Shown: positions 43,728 to 61,171 of the stretch, in pieces
How the letters are laid out: every line of letters begins with the position of its first letter
How positions within the stretch are numbered: position 1 is the first letter of the stretch
DNA from: Salpingoeca rosetta
Taxonomy: Eukaryota; Protista; Choanoflagellata
DNA length: 64,000 nucleotides
Direction of reading: 5' to 3'
Assembly (NCBI GenBank): GCA_033442325.1
Contig: JAWQFM010000006.1
Coordinates: forward strand, 101,771 to 165,770
Made by a program: the position numbers and the translations under genes
Notes under the pieces: model-generated
Databases searched by the model: none
The model's input: only the letters and a program-made list of their open reading frames with translations
What the model was told of the DNA's origin: nothing

Positions 43728-43932
43728 CCACAGACGAAGCGGGCGGAGGATCTGGAGCGAGTGAATGCGGAGTTGCAATCGCAGCAGTGGCTGCAACTGC
43801 CTGTGCAGCTGCCCGCAACGGGACGCGATGTGGTACACGTCCTCAATCAGCAGCTGCTGGAGACGCTCCATGAGCTCGACAAGAAGCAGGTTGCAGCAAG
43901 ACAGAGGGGAAAGGGGCACAAGTGCCATGTTG

Positions 43933-43999
<67 letters not shown>

Positions 44000-45140
44000 G
44001 GGTGTGAATTATGATGGCTGTGAGTGGCTGGGGCCATGTTGAAAGATGGTCGTTGCATGAGCTACATGGACGTGGCGATTGCTTCGCGCCCTTGACTCAC
44101 TTCACCTGACTCAGACAGCTTGGCCGTGCATTCACTGCAAACACACACGCCTTGTGTCATGATGCAGGAGCACATTGTGTCGATGAACAGGCAGCTGCTT
44201 CAGCTTGAGCAGCAGTACGCCGTGCTGGTGAAACAAAAGGTCAGTGGGAATGTGATGATCAATTGCACCCACTGAAATACGAAACACACACACAAGAAAC
44301 TCAAACACACACACACACACACACAAGAAACTCGAAACACACAGACACATTCTCATGCCCACAAGCACACACGTGTTGTCTTTCTGTACGCAGGATCTGC
44401 TGTACCAGGAGCACAACGAGAAGCGAAAGGAGTGGGAGGAAGAGAAGAGTGTGCTTGAGTCGCGTGTTGAGGAGGCGGAACACGCAAAAACGGAGGCAGC
44501 GCAGTGGCGGCAACAGCTCAACGACGCCATGGACACGATCGCTGCCGTGAAGAGGGGCGAAGAGCGCGCATTGTTGGCGTCGCTGGCGAGGAAGGTGTCC
44601 CGTCTTCGTGTGAACAACGCTGCTCTGGAGCGACGATACAAGTGCGTGTTGACAAGAGCGGCTCAAGCTTGAAACTAAGACTGGCTGCGCTGCATCCTGC
44701 GATGCCTGTGCAGCGAGCTGTCTTGTCGCTGTTAACCGCTGTTGTGTCACTGCTTCATGCTGCACTGCTCCTGCCTCACACCGACTATTCACACACACAT
44801 GCCATGATCCATCCATCCGCCCACCCCTCCACTGAATCATTGCCTTTGTCCTTCGCTCTTCTCCACCTCCAATGCGTCCTCGCACCAACCGCTCTACCGT
44901 TTCGTGCAGGCTGTCGTTGTCACGAGAAGAGGCAGCAACACGCCAGCTGCGATCTCTCCGGGCGGCTCTGCGGCAGTGCGAGTCTGCTGCGCGCATCACT
45001 ATTGACGCCGCCAAGCAGAAGAACGACGAGACAACGCGCGAGCTGTACGAGTGCATGGCTCAGCTTGAGGAATGCGTCCCACGGCAACAAGTCGACAGCC
45101 TGCACCGGTCCGTTGCTTGCGTGCTTGTTTCCAAAGTGCC

Positions 45141-45210
<70 letters not shown>

Positions 45211-46055
45211 CTGTTTATTGTGTTGCTGGGCGCCAAGTACAGGAATGTCACCACTGCATTCTTGCTTTGCCTCACTCATCACCCATCTCTACCCCGTCCC
45301 CCGCCCTCCTATCAAACATCGCCAGCCGGTGTGAGGTGCTTGCTGCGCGCTATCAGAAACTGCTGAGTCAGCACCACGATGTCCAGCAGCAGCTGAGCAC
45401 CTGCCGCGATGCGTCCGTCAAACTCGTCCAGGCAGAGGTACACGTCGTTGGTGCTGTGCTGTTGTGTAGCTGTGTTGTTGTGTTGTTGTGTTGTTGTGTG
45501 GCTGTGTTGTTGTGTTGTTGTGTTGTTGTGCGATGACTCTCAGTGTGGTTGCTTCCTGTGGGTGTTATTGCGGCCATTGTGATGCACTACTCGCACATTG
45601 AGTTGAACCAATTGCCAACCTTCGCTCACTGTATCCACTCTGCTTTTCGTCAACAACCTTCCCCGTCTGCTGTTGTCTCCGCCACCCTCGAATGACAGAA
45701 CTCCATCGCTCTCTATCAGCGAGAGGTTGAGATGCTGCAAGCAAGGTGCAACAACGCCAACACGCAACAGTCAACAACACCAGCGACTGCACAGCAGGTT
45801 GGATTGGTTTGAACATTGTGAGCGTGAGGTCTGTCGCATCACTGTCAATGTTGATCGCATGTACCCAAGCCGCCTATGCACACACTCACTCACTCACTCA
45901 CACGCACATACACGCACGCACTCCACATATTGTGCAGTCGTCTTCGCTGCAGCACGAGGTCGATCGCCTGCGCATCAATAACGAGCAGGAACACCAGGTG
46001 CGCGAAGCGCTCGTTGTTGTTCTTGTTTTTGTTCTTGTTTCTTGTTTCTTGTTTC

Positions 46056-46139
<84 letters not shown>

Positions 46140-46149
46140 CTTCTTCTTC

Positions 46150-46217
<68 letters not shown>

Positions 46218-47667
46218 GCTGTTCTTGTTGCTGTTCTTGTTCTTGTTGTATTGCTTCGCTGACATGAGCTCGCCTGATCATCACACGCACGTGTGTCCGC
46301 AATCCTGACGTGTCTGCGTACACGCGCATCCACAGCGGGCAGAGGTGCTGGCGCTGAAAGTGAAGCAGACGGAAGACTTGCTCGGTAAGGGCGGCTCACA
46401 CACGGCCGGTGTAGACTCCTGGTAATCGTTTTGTTGTTGTCAATAGGAGTTTGTTCTCATGTATGTATGACTGACGATGTGCATGTGTGTGTGTGTGTGC
46501 GCGCGCATGTGCGTGCAGCCTCCACGGAAGAGAGGTGTCAGCAGCTCGATGGAAAGTTGCAGGAAGTCATCAACGACAACCTATCCCTCAAGGTTGGTAC
46601 AGTGGTATTGTCGTGACGATGGTGTTGTTCTGACCGCACTCGCATGACCTCTGCATCCTTGCTCAACACATGCGCAACACACTCACGCACCCATACACAC
46701 ATTCAAATCACTCCCTCGAACACACATTTACATTCAACACCCTCCCTCATTCACGTGCGCAGGAGAAGGAAGCGGAACTTCTGCAGACCATCGCATCGCG
46801 CATGCACTTGGACGAAGCAACGAAACTCAGGTGCGGGGCGCGTGCTGCTGCCGTGTGACCTGGTGGTGGTGACGTTTGTACCCATAGACGCTGTGCATGT
46901 GTTTGCTGATGATTGCATGATGTCACGACTTTGGTGTCATGCCGCATGCCGCGATGCAGAGAGGAACTCAAACAGCTCAAGGAGTACAAACACAAGACAG
47001 AGGCAGAGGTGCGTGCACGTGTGCGAATGCTGTTGACTGTGGAGGCCGTGCTGCTCTTGCTCACACCGACGGCGTCTTACCTGCAGACACTTGCGTGCCC
47101 CTGTTCCTTGTCTCTGCTCTACGCTTCCTCTTCTCACTCTTCATGCACACACACATGTAACCAACAAACAAACACAAACACGCACAACGCAACGCGGGCG
47201 CAGATTACGGTCTTAAAACGCACAGCAGACATTGCAGTGACACAGGCGGACACAGCGCGGCGCCTAGCACAAACCAAAGACGAGGTGGGTGAACGATTAG
47301 AACTATTGGTGAATTGGTGGCAGTTGTCGTGTTTGTGGCTGTTGTGATCATAAGCTGGTGAAACGGTGAACTGTGTGGTTCTGTGCCGAATTGACTGTAT
47401 TTGCAGTTGCTGACGCTAAGTTGCACGAATGCAAACACGTGTTGGGCAGGAACTGCACGCTCTGCGGACGCAATTGATTGAACTTCAAGTTGAAGACGAC
47501 GAGCGATTGCAGATTGGACGACTGAGCCACCAGCTCCTCGCAGCGCAGGTGACGCAGCACACGCATGCACAAACAAACGCGCGCGCACGCGCATGCAAAT
47601 CACGCACACACACATGCAAAATCACGCACACACACATGCAAAACAAGCAACATGTATCCGCATACAC

Positions 47668-47722
<55 letters not shown>

Positions 47723-49834
47723 CCATGGTTGTCGTGACCACCACCGCATTCCAATGTTCCTTTGCGTGTACAGATGGCCGAAGCAGATGCTGTTCGCCGC
47801 TTGGATGCCGAGAAGCGAAAATCACTGGCGCAGGAGCGGGAAATCAAGCAACTGCAGGTGGACGTGGAACAGAAACATACGGCTCTCATTGAGCAGTCAC
47901 AAGGTGTCGTGGCACGGGTGGGGATGTGCATGCGTGAATGTGAGGGAAGATGGGATGATTGCGCGTGCGGATGTGTGTACATGCGTGCGTGCTTGGCACA
48001 GCTCTAACAACACAATCACGTCGCTGTCAAGTGGTGTTTGGCTTTATTCCCTCATCCATGCGTTTGCACGTGTGCTTGCGTGTGCACCAGTGTCACGGCA
48101 GCGGCTGAGCCACCTCAACGCGTCTCTATCGGCGCTGCGCACGCAATATGCTGGGGCTGTCACGCTGCACCAGCAAGAGCAAGCTGTGCAGGTGGGTCCA
48201 ACCAACACGCACTCGCTGTCTGTCGCTCGGTGTGCGGCTTGTTTGATGTGAAGCCATGCTCTGCAACCGCACACTGTGCTCGCATCATATCTCAACGCTG
48301 CACACACGCACACACACACTCACGCATGTATGCGTGTACAAACACGCATCCTCTCACAAACACACACACACCCATATACACGTTCATACGACATGCACGT
48401 GCACATTTACACACCCACACACTCACTCACACGTTCACACACACACACACACACGCAACAGGCGCTGCAAGATGTGCTTGAGACGAAGCGGCGGCTTGAG
48501 GACGAGGTTGCAGAGGCAAAGCGCCAGCGCGAAGAGGCGCAGTCACACGTGGACGCACTGCGCATTCAGCAGCAGCACTTGCAGGAGACAATGGCGGCGC
48601 TTGGCGACACAAAGGCAATGACGCTGCAGGCAAACGAGTGGCAGCAGCGGCTCACGCGCGCGCGGTTGCAGACTCTTCAGCTCCAACGGCGCGTGCACGA
48701 CTTGGAGGGCGAAGTGGACCATTTGTCCCGCGCTGCTGAGACGAGCCGTCACCGGCAGGCGCAGCTGGAGGCTGAGGCTGTCGAAATGACGCAATCCTTC
48801 GAGCAGCGAGAGGTACGGGGTGCCCTATGTTGTTTGTTCTTCGTGTGGTTCTTTGTGTGCGTGTGTGTGTGTGTGTGCGTTGTTGTTGTTTTTTTTTTTT
48901 TTTGGTAGTTCGTGCATGTATTGGTGTGTCTCACAGCAACTGTGCCATTTTTTATGCTCATCACATTGTCGTTGACTGTAGACGGCCTGGCTGAAGCGCG
49001 AGGAACAGCTCGAAAAGTGGGTTTGAGCACCATCTTGCGCCCAACACACACATGCACACACATGCACACACATAAGCGCACACACACATATATTCACACT
49101 GCTGTTGCACTCAACACAACTGCATGTGTGGCAGGTGGCTGTCTGAGCTCGATCACCGCATGCGGCAGCAAACGGTGCAGGTGGAGGCGAGACGCCGCGA
49201 TGATGAGAACTTCCTCCCAGGTGTGGCATGTTGTTGATGGTCGTGGTGTGATGATTGCGATGACGCTATGATGGCGAGGGGTACCAATGGGTCGCTTTCG
49301 CGATACGGACTGTGTTGTTCACCAAGCATGCAGCTGCAGTCTTTCTTTACTTGCTCACACCACGTTACATTACCACGCACACACGCCACTCCGCCAACCT
49401 GTCTCTCATTTCCTTTCGCTTGTCTCCGTACAACGCCATCAGCGAGCGAGTGGCCGATTGGACAGCAGCTCTCGCACGCCATCGAATCAATCAAGCGACT
49501 GCTGCAGCAGAGGAGTGATCTTCGTGATGAAACCAAACGCCTCGAACACCGCGTGCAGGTGCGCTATCGTTACGACCTGCGCTGTGTGCTTGGCTTGTGT
49601 TGGTGTTATTTTGTGTCTTTCTATGTATGCCGTTGCAAGTGTATTCCACGTATCTGTGTTGACACCCTTCCCTCACCCTTCCTTCAACCATCTCCAAACC
49701 ACCCGCAATGCCTCCGTTGCCCCACTGCGATCAGGATCAGATTGTTGAGTTGGCGGAGGCGAATGCGGCCACGCGGCGGGCCGAGGCCGCAGCAAAGACA
49801 ACGCCCCACACAGGTCAGAGCTGTGGTCGACACG

Positions 49835-49891
<57 letters not shown>

Positions 49892-51457
49892 TGCACATGA
49901 CCGAAGCCCCTTCGATTTGTTTCGCTACTGTGCATGAAGCGACAAAACCCAATCTCATGAACCGTCCGCTGATGCATGCATTTTCACGCCCGTTACTTTT
50001 CAGCAGGAGCGAACCAACACGATGCTGACGATGACGACAACGGGGATGGCGGTGGCGATGCGCTTGAGGACGCATCTCTCCGCTACCAGCTCGATCGCGT
50101 CATCAAAGTCTCCCAGCAGGTCGGCCGCACATGCTATTGCCGTCGACACTCGTTTTGAATGGATTGGATTGCGCTTCGTGTTTGTGCACCATCGCACACG
50201 CTTGTTTGGAGTGTGTGTATGCTTGTGTGTTGTGTGTATGTGGGAGTGTATGTGTATGTGTGTGTGTGTATTCTTCAGATTCACCCATGTGAACACTCTC
50301 CATGATGTACTGCAGACCATTGCAAGCCTCCAAAACATGTTAGACACGCGCGAGAAAGCGCTCGATGAGGCACACGCACAACTTGACGAGCAGCACCAGC
50401 GCCATGAAGCAGGTGATGTCCAAGCATGGTCTGTGTGTGTATGTGTGTGTGTGTGTGTGGCTGCCTTCCAACCCACAATTGTTTGTCTACACCATCCTTG
50501 ATCTTGGCTCCACCAAACCAACAGAGAAGCGAGAATGGGAAGAAACGAAGAAGGAGCTGGAGCACCGTCTACAGCTGCAAAACGTGAGACGTTCAAACGT
50601 GTAACCGACCACCCTCGGTCATGCGTTCGTTTGCTGCCTTGGCGCCTTGTCGTCCATTCATCCATCTATCCTTTTGCTTCCTTCCTTTGTCCTTGCTCGC
50701 CTTTTCATGTCAACGAGCTTGCGCTGCCACCAGGACAGTAACTCACGCCCTGCGTCCCCCCCCCCCCACACACACACACACACAAAATCACGTCACGTTC
50801 ACGTCACGTCCACCACCACAACCCCCTTGGTCATCTTCGCCATTCACAGGCGAACACGGCAGCGCCGCCACGAAGACCAACAGCAATGACAGCGCGAGGA
50901 GGAGATGCAATGCAGGTCGTTGATGAGATGCGCGCACACGTGCGGCGGCTTGAGACGGACAATGAACTGTTGCGACAGGACGCGCGCAGAGCACAGGAGC
51001 GATTGGCGACAAAGGAGAAGGATCTGCTTGCCATCAAGGTGCGTGGCCAACACGCAGGTCGATGTGGTGATGTGGTGACATGTGATGGCTGCGTGTTTGT
51101 TGTTTTGTTAGTTATTTAGTTCGATTGTTCGTCTTGTTGCAGTGTTCGCGCCTGGAGCTGTTCTGTCGTGTCTGACATGCACTCACAGGTACACACGCAC
51201 GCAACACACGATTGCAGCGTGAGCTTGTTGGGAGCCTGCAGGAGTTGGAGGCCGAATTCCGCGGAGTTGTTGAAGAACGCGATGCTTTGGAGGAACAACT
51301 CAACGCCACAAAGGCGAAGCTACAAGAGGTGCGTGCCATATGTGCTTGATTGCTTTTCACTCATGTGGTGGTCCATGTTTGTATTACCGTGTGAGTTTGC
51401 CGCTGGATTGATTGTGATTGAAGAAACGCACTCACATACAACAACAACAACAACTTG

Positions 51458-51542
<85 letters not shown>

Positions 51543-54500
51543 CGCGCGTGCTGCATGCAGGCTGAGGACGGGTTGCGTGCGCAGCAGCGGGAGGCCATGT
51601 CCCTGCGTCAGAGCCACGAGGAAGAGGCGGCAGTGATGCGATCGGCACTCGAGCGCTCGCAGAAGTACATCGATGCCCTCTCGCAGCCAGGATCACCCAA
51701 GGTGGTGACTCAACATGGTCGTGGTGGTCGTGGTGGTCGTGGTGTTTGAACGAGGTGGATGTTATTGCTCTGGAAGTGCACACAGCCGGTGAGCCTTGCG
51801 TTGCAACACATTTCGGCACGCTCCTTCTACGTCATCGTCACCCCTCGTCTTCGGCAGATTTGACTGCTGACGTTCCCGCGTGCAATGGCGCTGTGCTGTT
51901 TGTTTGTTGCCTTCCACTGCTCAGGTGACGATGGAAACGCTCCGAAAACGGCTCGCCCGCAAGACAGCCGAAGTCAAACGCGTGAGTGACACGGTGTACT
52001 GTGGCCTTGACCTGTGCTTGTGTGTGCTCTTGTTGCGCGGGCTGATGGTGGCAATGACCGGTGATGGCAGTGGTGGTGACCTGCTACAGTGGTGTCCCTG
52101 CTTTGCTGGGCTGGTGATTGCGCACAGCCTCACATGCACGTGCTCACATGGGTGCGCTTGCACATGTGCACATGTGCGCAGCTGCAATATGTGCTGGTTG
52201 AGGTGAAGAAGCCCGGAGGCGATGAGGCAGCCCTGACTGACGGTGAGTGGGTGGTGGACTCGCACCCGTGCACGCGCCGTCGTCGTGTCGTGTCTGTAGC
52301 ACTGCACGTTTTTGTGCTGTGCATATTAGTGTTGGCATGTGAACATGCGTGCATTCATACCCGCGTACATTTATACACATGTGTGCTCCTCACTCACACT
52401 CACACACACACACACACAACAACAACAACAACAACAACAAACAAACAAACAAACAAACAAACAAACAAACAAACAAACAAACAAACAAACAAACAAACAA
52501 ACAAACACGTGTCATTTTGCTGCTGCTTGCGTGGTTCATCTTGCCAGCACTCAAAGTTCCGTTTATGGAGAAAGCGCGAGCACTGGAGCAGGAGCGAGAC
52601 GAGCTGAAGGAAGAGCTGGCGACACTCAAGTCGCGCGCAGCCAAGGCCGAGGCAAATGCCTCCACATTCAAGACCCAGGCAGAGGTGGGGGATAGGCAGG
52701 CATTGAGTGAGGGGAGAGGCGTTTTCTGCCTGCTTGTCGATGTGTGATTTTATGTGTGTGTGTGTGTGAATGTGTAAGCGCGCAAGCGAATGTGTTTGCC
52801 CCTTCAACACCTTGCGTCCGAAAACAGTACGTGCATGCACTTCTTGTTGATATGCGTGCGTTGTCGCACGTCACGATCGTGGCAGTACAGTCCACGCCTT
52901 CACACCGCCGTTGCCTTTGTGCGGGCTTTCCTGCATGCACGGCCACAGGATCTGCAATCTCAACTTGAAACGCACCGGAAGGAGAGCTCGGGTGCAGTTG
53001 CGCTGTCCGCCAAATTCGAACGCGATCTCAAGGTGACGGGTTTGTTCGATTTTGTCGTTACCGTGCTTTGTGCTTGGTGTGACTGAGCTTGTGTCGTGCA
53101 TACGCGTGCATGTGTGTGTGCATGTGTGTGTGCATGTGTGTGTGTGTGCACATGTTTGTGTTGTATGCGTGTGTTTGCGTGAACATGTTTGTGTTGTATG
53201 CGTGTGTTTGCGTGTGCATGTTTGTGTTGTATGTGTGTGTATGTGTATGGATGTGTGTGTGTGTGTCACAAGACCCTTCAACATAACGCGTCCCCATGCT
53301 GGTGTCTGCAGAGAACGAAAGGCGAGCTCGAGGCATCAAGGAAACGGTGTCAGGTACGATGCTTGCAGGCACACGTGAAGGAAGACATGCGGATGGTGCC
53401 ATGTTAATGACAGCACGCCCTGACTTGCTCACTTCTCGTGCATATGTTGTGTATGTGTGTACGTGTGTGTGTGTGTGTGTGCCTGTGTAGGCGCTGGAGC
53501 AGCAGCTCAAATCTGTTCGCGAGCAAGCGAGAGAAACGCGTGCGCAGACGGTGGCCAAAGGTGAGAACTCCATACGATTCGCCACTCCTCTCACCAATCG
53601 CCAATATTTGCACCTGCACTCACTTCCACATCCATGACATTCACGTGATGCGTGTGTCTGTCTGTGTGCGTGTGTCTGTCTGTGTCTGTGTGTAGCGCCC
53701 ACATCGGCCCGCGATGATTCAAGAAAACCGCACGTCTCGCGTGACCTCCAGGTCCGGCATGCGTGTACCGTGTGTGTGTGTATCTGTGTGTCTGTGTCTG
53801 TGTGTGTGTGTGTGTGTGTGTGCGTGTGTGTGTGCGTGGTTTCACCCTAATGTGCTTCAGTCTTCGCTTCCGCGTTTTGCTGAAATCGCGCTGTTGTCTC
53901 TGCACATGTCAACAGGAACCTTCATCGGTGAAGTGGGAAGCAGACAAGAAACTTCAGAAACGGTGAGAACCACCGCCTTCAGTTTGTTTCCCCTCCGTTT
54001 GCTGCTTCATGCGCATCTGCCATATCACGATGACACGCAAGCCATCAACAACATTGGGGGATTTTCAAGCAAGCAAGCTGTTTCATTGCCATTTATATCA
54101 CCGTGTGCGTGTGTTTGTCGTTGTTGGCTGCTGCTGTTGTTTGCGCTGCAGGATGGAGAACTTGAAGAGCAAACTTGCGACGAAGGAAGAGGAGTTGCAA
54201 GCGGCCAACAGCCAGGTGAGTGCGCAGCGCACAAACCAAACATGATGCAGGAGAGCCAATCATGAACTGCGTGGAAGTACGATGGCTCGCACCACACGGC
54301 CGCATTCTTGCTGCCAAAATGACGCAATAACACAATCCATGTAACATAACACGTGTCACGCCCCCCCCCCCCCCAAACTCAAGGTGGCGAATTTGAAGGC
54401 GACAATTGAGCGCTTGAAGCGGGAGCGGAACGCGTTGCAGCGGAAAACAAAAGCGCTGGAGGCCGCGAGCGAGGGTAAGCACCCGATGCATGTGTGTGTG

Positions 54501-56759
54501 TGTGTGCATGTAAGCTTGTGCAGGTTGTACCCTGCAGGTTGCTTCTACTTTCCAGTGTCATGCACGCGGATCCTCACCGCCACTACCGCCACCACCGCCG
54601 TGGGGTGTGCAGACCACGCCACGTTGCGGGCGCGCGTCGAGCGGTTACAGGAGGAGAAGACGCAACTCCGCCGCGAACTCGAAGTCGACGCGAACGTGCG
54701 CGTGATGGAGCTACAAGCGATTGTCCGGGATTTGGAGGCCAAACTTGCGGATAAAACGTCCACAAGCGGGAAACATGACGACCTCGCCACAGACGGCAAG
54801 GTGCGTGCAGTGCAGCCTTGGCTTGGTTGCTTGTTGAGTTGGATGGTTGCTTGCGCGGTTTGCTCCTCGGTTAATTGCTCAGTTGCGTGTTTCTTTGCTT
54901 GGATATCATTCATATTTCAAAGTGGAGGTGGTTGCTGCGAGAGTGTTCATGATGAGTCCTTGCCATCGTCGCTGCTTCTGCACACGTGTCCTTCCTGGCA
55001 GAAGGGCACGCTGGAGAAGCAAGTCCTTGACCTGAAGGCAGAAAACCTGCAGCTTCAGCTGCAACTTGAACAAGCGCAAGCGGTGGGTGTTTTGTGCGTG
55101 TGTGCGCGGATGTGTGTGTGTGGGGGGGGGGTGCGTGTGCGTGTCTGTGCGTGCGTGTCTGTGTGTGCTTGTGTGTCACTTGTGTTACGTGTGCATCGCT
55201 GAAGCATTGATCTAGCGCACGCTCACGCAACGCTCTTCACATTGCCGGTGCCATTCAGACGGACGTGTCGGCGCTCAAGGCAGAGCTTGCATCCCTGCGT
55301 GAGCAACAGCAGCAACAGCAGCAGTCTGGTGGTGGTGCTGGTGGTGGTGGTGGAAAGGGCGGGAGAACGGCTGTGGAGGCATCGGAGCTGCAGCGCGTTC
55401 GAAAACTGAACCGCCAGCTCAGAACAGAGCGTGAGAAGGTGCAACCGACACGCATGCACATGTGGCGAGAGAGAGATGGAGATGGAGATGGAGAGGGTGT
55501 GTATGTGCGTGCGTGTGTGTGTATGTGCGTGCGTGCGTGTGTGTGTGTGCAAGATATTGGTTGGTTGGTTGGTTGGTGGCTGCTGTTTATGATAGGCGTT
55601 GATGCGACACCTCCTCACGCTCTCGTAATTATTCACGTGCGCTTGCGTGCATGCGTGTACCTGAAACACTGTCGTGCCACAACCACGTGCGTAATTGTGC
55701 CAGGCGAATGAGCGTGCACATGAAGCAGACAAGACACGCGAGCGTCTGCAGCAGGAGCTCAACGACTGCCACAGGTTGGGCGTGTGTGCGTGTGTGCGAA
55801 AGAGCGTATGTGGGAGTGGGTGTATGTTCATGTGTACGACGGCTGTCAATGTTGCGCCGTGTTTGAATACACATGTACGCTCACGCAGATTTTGCACACA
55901 CCGACGCGCGCACGTGCACATACCCTCTTCACGCTTAGAAACCAAGAGATGTTGGAAGCGGAGATCCAACAGAAACAGCAGCGCATCGACAAGGTTGATT
56001 GATAATCAGCAGTTCATTTGCAGTCGTGCTGATGTCATGTACGAGGGTGTATATGTGTGTTTGCAACGCCGTGTGTGTGTGTGTGTTGGTGCGTTTGAGC
56101 TCGTTTCTCCATCCTTCTCCCATCCACTCAATTATCTTCATCTGTCGTTCACACGCTCGTGTACGCTTCCGTGTTGTTGCTTCGACAGCTGCAGGCGTCG
56201 CTTGAACGCATGGCAGCGAATGAAGAGCGGCTGCAGTCCAGGTACTGATTGCTGTAACACGTCTCGTGCTCGTGCTGCCAGCCCATGCACAGGCCATGCC
56301 AATGCCACTTGCAAGGGCCGCACTACATCATGTGCACAAGCACAAGGCACGAGCCTGCATCACACAACTCAAGGGGTTTTCTTTCTTTCTCACTCACTCA
56401 CTCACACACGTATACTTTTGCACGATTTCATGCACAGGGCTGCCCTGCCAGCGCAAGCAGAGACGCGGCTGGAGGAACTGGAGGAGGAGAACCGCGAGCT
56501 GAGGGCGGAGCTGTCTGCGTTTGACCCGGAGTTCTTCGAAGAAATTGAGACCCTCAAATACGAGCACCAGCAGGCGAAGCAGGAGGTAGCGCGGCTACGT
56601 GCCCTCCTCAGCCAACAACAACAACAACAGCAGCAGCAGCAGCAGCTACAAAGCAGCACCCGTCAACAGGGTGTCGTTGACGTTGACGCTGATGATGATG
56701 ACATTGATGGTGATGATGGTGATGGTGCGCAGAAGGATAAGGGCGAAGAAGAAACGTGA
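38363..56759 (+). CDS. CEP290: Centrosomal/transition-zone protein CEP290; about 58 exons
   Basis: VDWGSIKAIDVDD, ILQLFRVTQLLLELKA, YEEGFGLSDALQE, LLDENAVLRERAG, IGRLSHQLLA, LRTQYAGAVTL, KWEADKKLQKRMENLK, and the C-terminal LSAFDPEFFEEIETLKY. All exons join in phase at GT-AG. Confidence 0.92.
38521..38722 (+). repeat. Degenerate ~28-bp tandem repeat (gttgtgcctgcttg...) in CEP290 intron 1
   Basis: About 7 alternating variants of gttgtgcctgcttg(c/t)gttt(acac/gctt/gcat)gtgt. Confidence 0.8.
46057..46250 (+). repeat. (TTG)n trinucleotide tract in a CEP290 intron
   Basis: Directly visible; complementary (CAA)n tracts occur at 47668-47722, 51438-51541, 52417-52440 and 58460-58510. Confidence 0.95.
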
Positions 56760-56988
56760 ATGTTGTGATGTGACATGACACGATGGAGGACTGATTAGCT
56801 GTTGTTTCATACCACCTTTGCTCGTGTTACACTCCCTTTGATGCACATAGAGACTTGCTGTTCTTATCTTCTCCTCTTCTTGTACACACACTTTACACCG
56901 TCATGGCAGTGGACTGACTGATGATGAAGCGAGCGAGACAGCAACAAGCGTGTGATATGACATGAGTCGCAACAAGTGAGGAAGCACA

Positions 56989-57056
<68 letters not shown>

Positions 57057-57278
57057 CACACCACCCCTCTTTATGGTGTCGTATTGACATTTTCGAATCT
57101 GCCTCACCGACGACAACCGACTTCCCAGCCAGCCACCCATCAGTTGCGACCACACACATCCTCGCACCCCTCCCCACCACATCCTTGCGTCGAATCAGGC
57201 AGACGAGTGCAAACATCACACGCGTCTCCACTGCAGTGCATTGGCCGTCCCTAGTCTCAGAGAGAAAGTGCAACAACC

Positions 57279-59109
<1,831 letters not shown>

Positions 59110-59392
59110 CTCCACATCCTGCTGTTGCTGCCTCTTTGTTGGTGCGCTTGCTTGCTGCCGACACAATGTGTTATATTTGATGCTTTTCTCTCTGGTGTCA
59201 GGGAACGCTTTGTCTGCTGTCTTGTTGCCGTTGTCACGTTCATGCACATGTGTTGCTGTTGTCTCGTGTTTCCGTCGTTCACTGTTTTGTGCGTCGCGGT
59301 GGCACGACTGTCATATGTACAGCAAGAAAACAGAAGGAGGAAAGAACGTTGCACACTTGCTTGCATGTGAGAGAGGTGCGCAACACACACAC

Positions 59393-59452
<60 letters not shown>

Positions 59453-59656
59453 CGCGCGCGCGCATGAAAAGGATACAGCCAGCAGCCTGCTTGCGTGACA
59501 AGGGGTGCGTGTCTCAGATGTAACATGAAACATAATTTGAACAAGAGGCGCCCAGCACGCAGTGATGAACGTGTACAACGACAGCATGACAGCACAACAG
59601 CGACAACACTGTTATGCACACACGCGCACTTCACTACATTGACATGTGCATTTGCA

Positions 59657-60959
59657 TCACCACTCGCTGTCCTCTGAGCCGTCTGAATCCCACCCACTCG
59701 CCTCCTTTGCAGGCTGTGGTGAACACATGAGGTGATGGCGAGATACGTGAGGTGGTGGTGATGGTGACACGACCGTTGCGAACAATGAAGTAGAGCCACA
59801 ACGCAGCGGAGGCACTGCACATCTCAATCTCTGTTGACGTGAAAACGCAAACATGTGCAAACACACACACACATACACACACACGCACGCACATACACAC
59901 GCGCACACACATACACACACGCACACACACACACGCACACGCACACGCACACACACACACCCCAAATTCCTTCTGCACGTCGTATTCAAAGTCGGTGCTG
60001 TCTTTGCTCACGCGGTTGCGCTCAAAGTCCGCATCCATCTCCTTCTTCTTTGCCTCCAGCACCTGTTAGGCGCGTGTGCGCGTGCACGAGCTGTGAGTGG
60101 AAGTGTGGTCTCGAACCAGCCCTGCATACATCAGGCGTGACACGTGCAGTGGCGCGATGGTACTGTTCACTTCATGTCGCGGTCGTGGCCACCAACCTCA
60201 TCTGGCAGCACGTTTAAGTTGCCTTCCTTCACATTGTCCATCGCATCCACCAGCGCCTGCAGCGCCTGCAACACCTGAGCACGTTCACATGTTTGTAGTG
60301 TAAGTATGGTGTGTACATGCCAACGAGAGAGTGTGTGTGCATGTGTGTGCATGTGTGTGTGTGTGCATGCATCAGTGTGGTTGTGTTTGCAGGACCACAG
60401 AAGTGACGGACTGCAAAGCACACGGAGCGCAAGTGGGACGAACAAGCGCACCTTTGTCTCGCCAATGCAGTCGAGGTACGTCTCGTGATGTAGTCGCATC
60501 ATGTCCAGAAGTTGGGTGGGCCTGATCACGCCAGCACAAATACCGACGACGCCAACAAGTGCAACCACCGGCACACACAACACAGCCGTGAGCGGCATTG
60601 ACTCGACCTCACGTTGCAAATGCAAACCGCCCGCTTCACCAGCAGTTTCAAGCACGGTCTGCCCTCATGTTGGCCTAATGCTTACGTTTCGTTGTACTTG
60701 CGTCTCACGGGAATGATCCGTCTTCGTCTCCTTCCTGCTCCACCGCAGACACACACGCGCGCGCACACATCCGCCAGCCGTTGTGGGTACATGAGGGTGT
60801 ACCAAACACACGAACCACGACACAACACACCGTGCAGGTGTCCCTCGCACACAAGCCACAAGCCACAAGCGCACCTGTTGCTCGCTCAATGTAGTCAATG
60901 ATGACAGCTGGTGGCTCCAGCCTGGCTCCCACGCCAGCCGCCTGCAGCGTCGCTGACAT
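59657..60959 (-). CDS. CEP19: Centrosomal protein CEP19; 6 exons
   Basis: [13 protein letters not shown] / [11 protein letters not shown] / HETYLDCI / NLNVLPDE / [33 protein letters not shown] / SGWDSD match CEP19 GIRFQPPAIILIY..RQRIMPVR..DLNKLDD..MDELFEKN..FVYDIEVEF..GWD. Confidence 0.88.
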
Positions 60960-61171
60960 GGCTGTGTGTGTCTGTATGTGTGTGTATGTGTGTGTGCGTG
61001 CGTGTATGTGTGTGTGAGTGTCTTGTTTGTGTGTGTGTGTGTGTGCGCGCCTGTGTGTGTCCTTCCTTTCCGCAACGGTCCTGGTGCGACAGAACGACAG
61101 ACAAAAACATCTAAATCGAAAGGAGGACACAAGACAAGCAAGAAGCAAGCAACAAGCAAGCACACGGCAAC

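Noticed and set aside
49134-49146. Apparent in-frame TGA in CEP290 (gtg gct gtc tga) suggesting recoding or a pseudogene
   Set aside because: A small intervening exon near 48982-49016 (TAWLKREEQLE) restores the phase.
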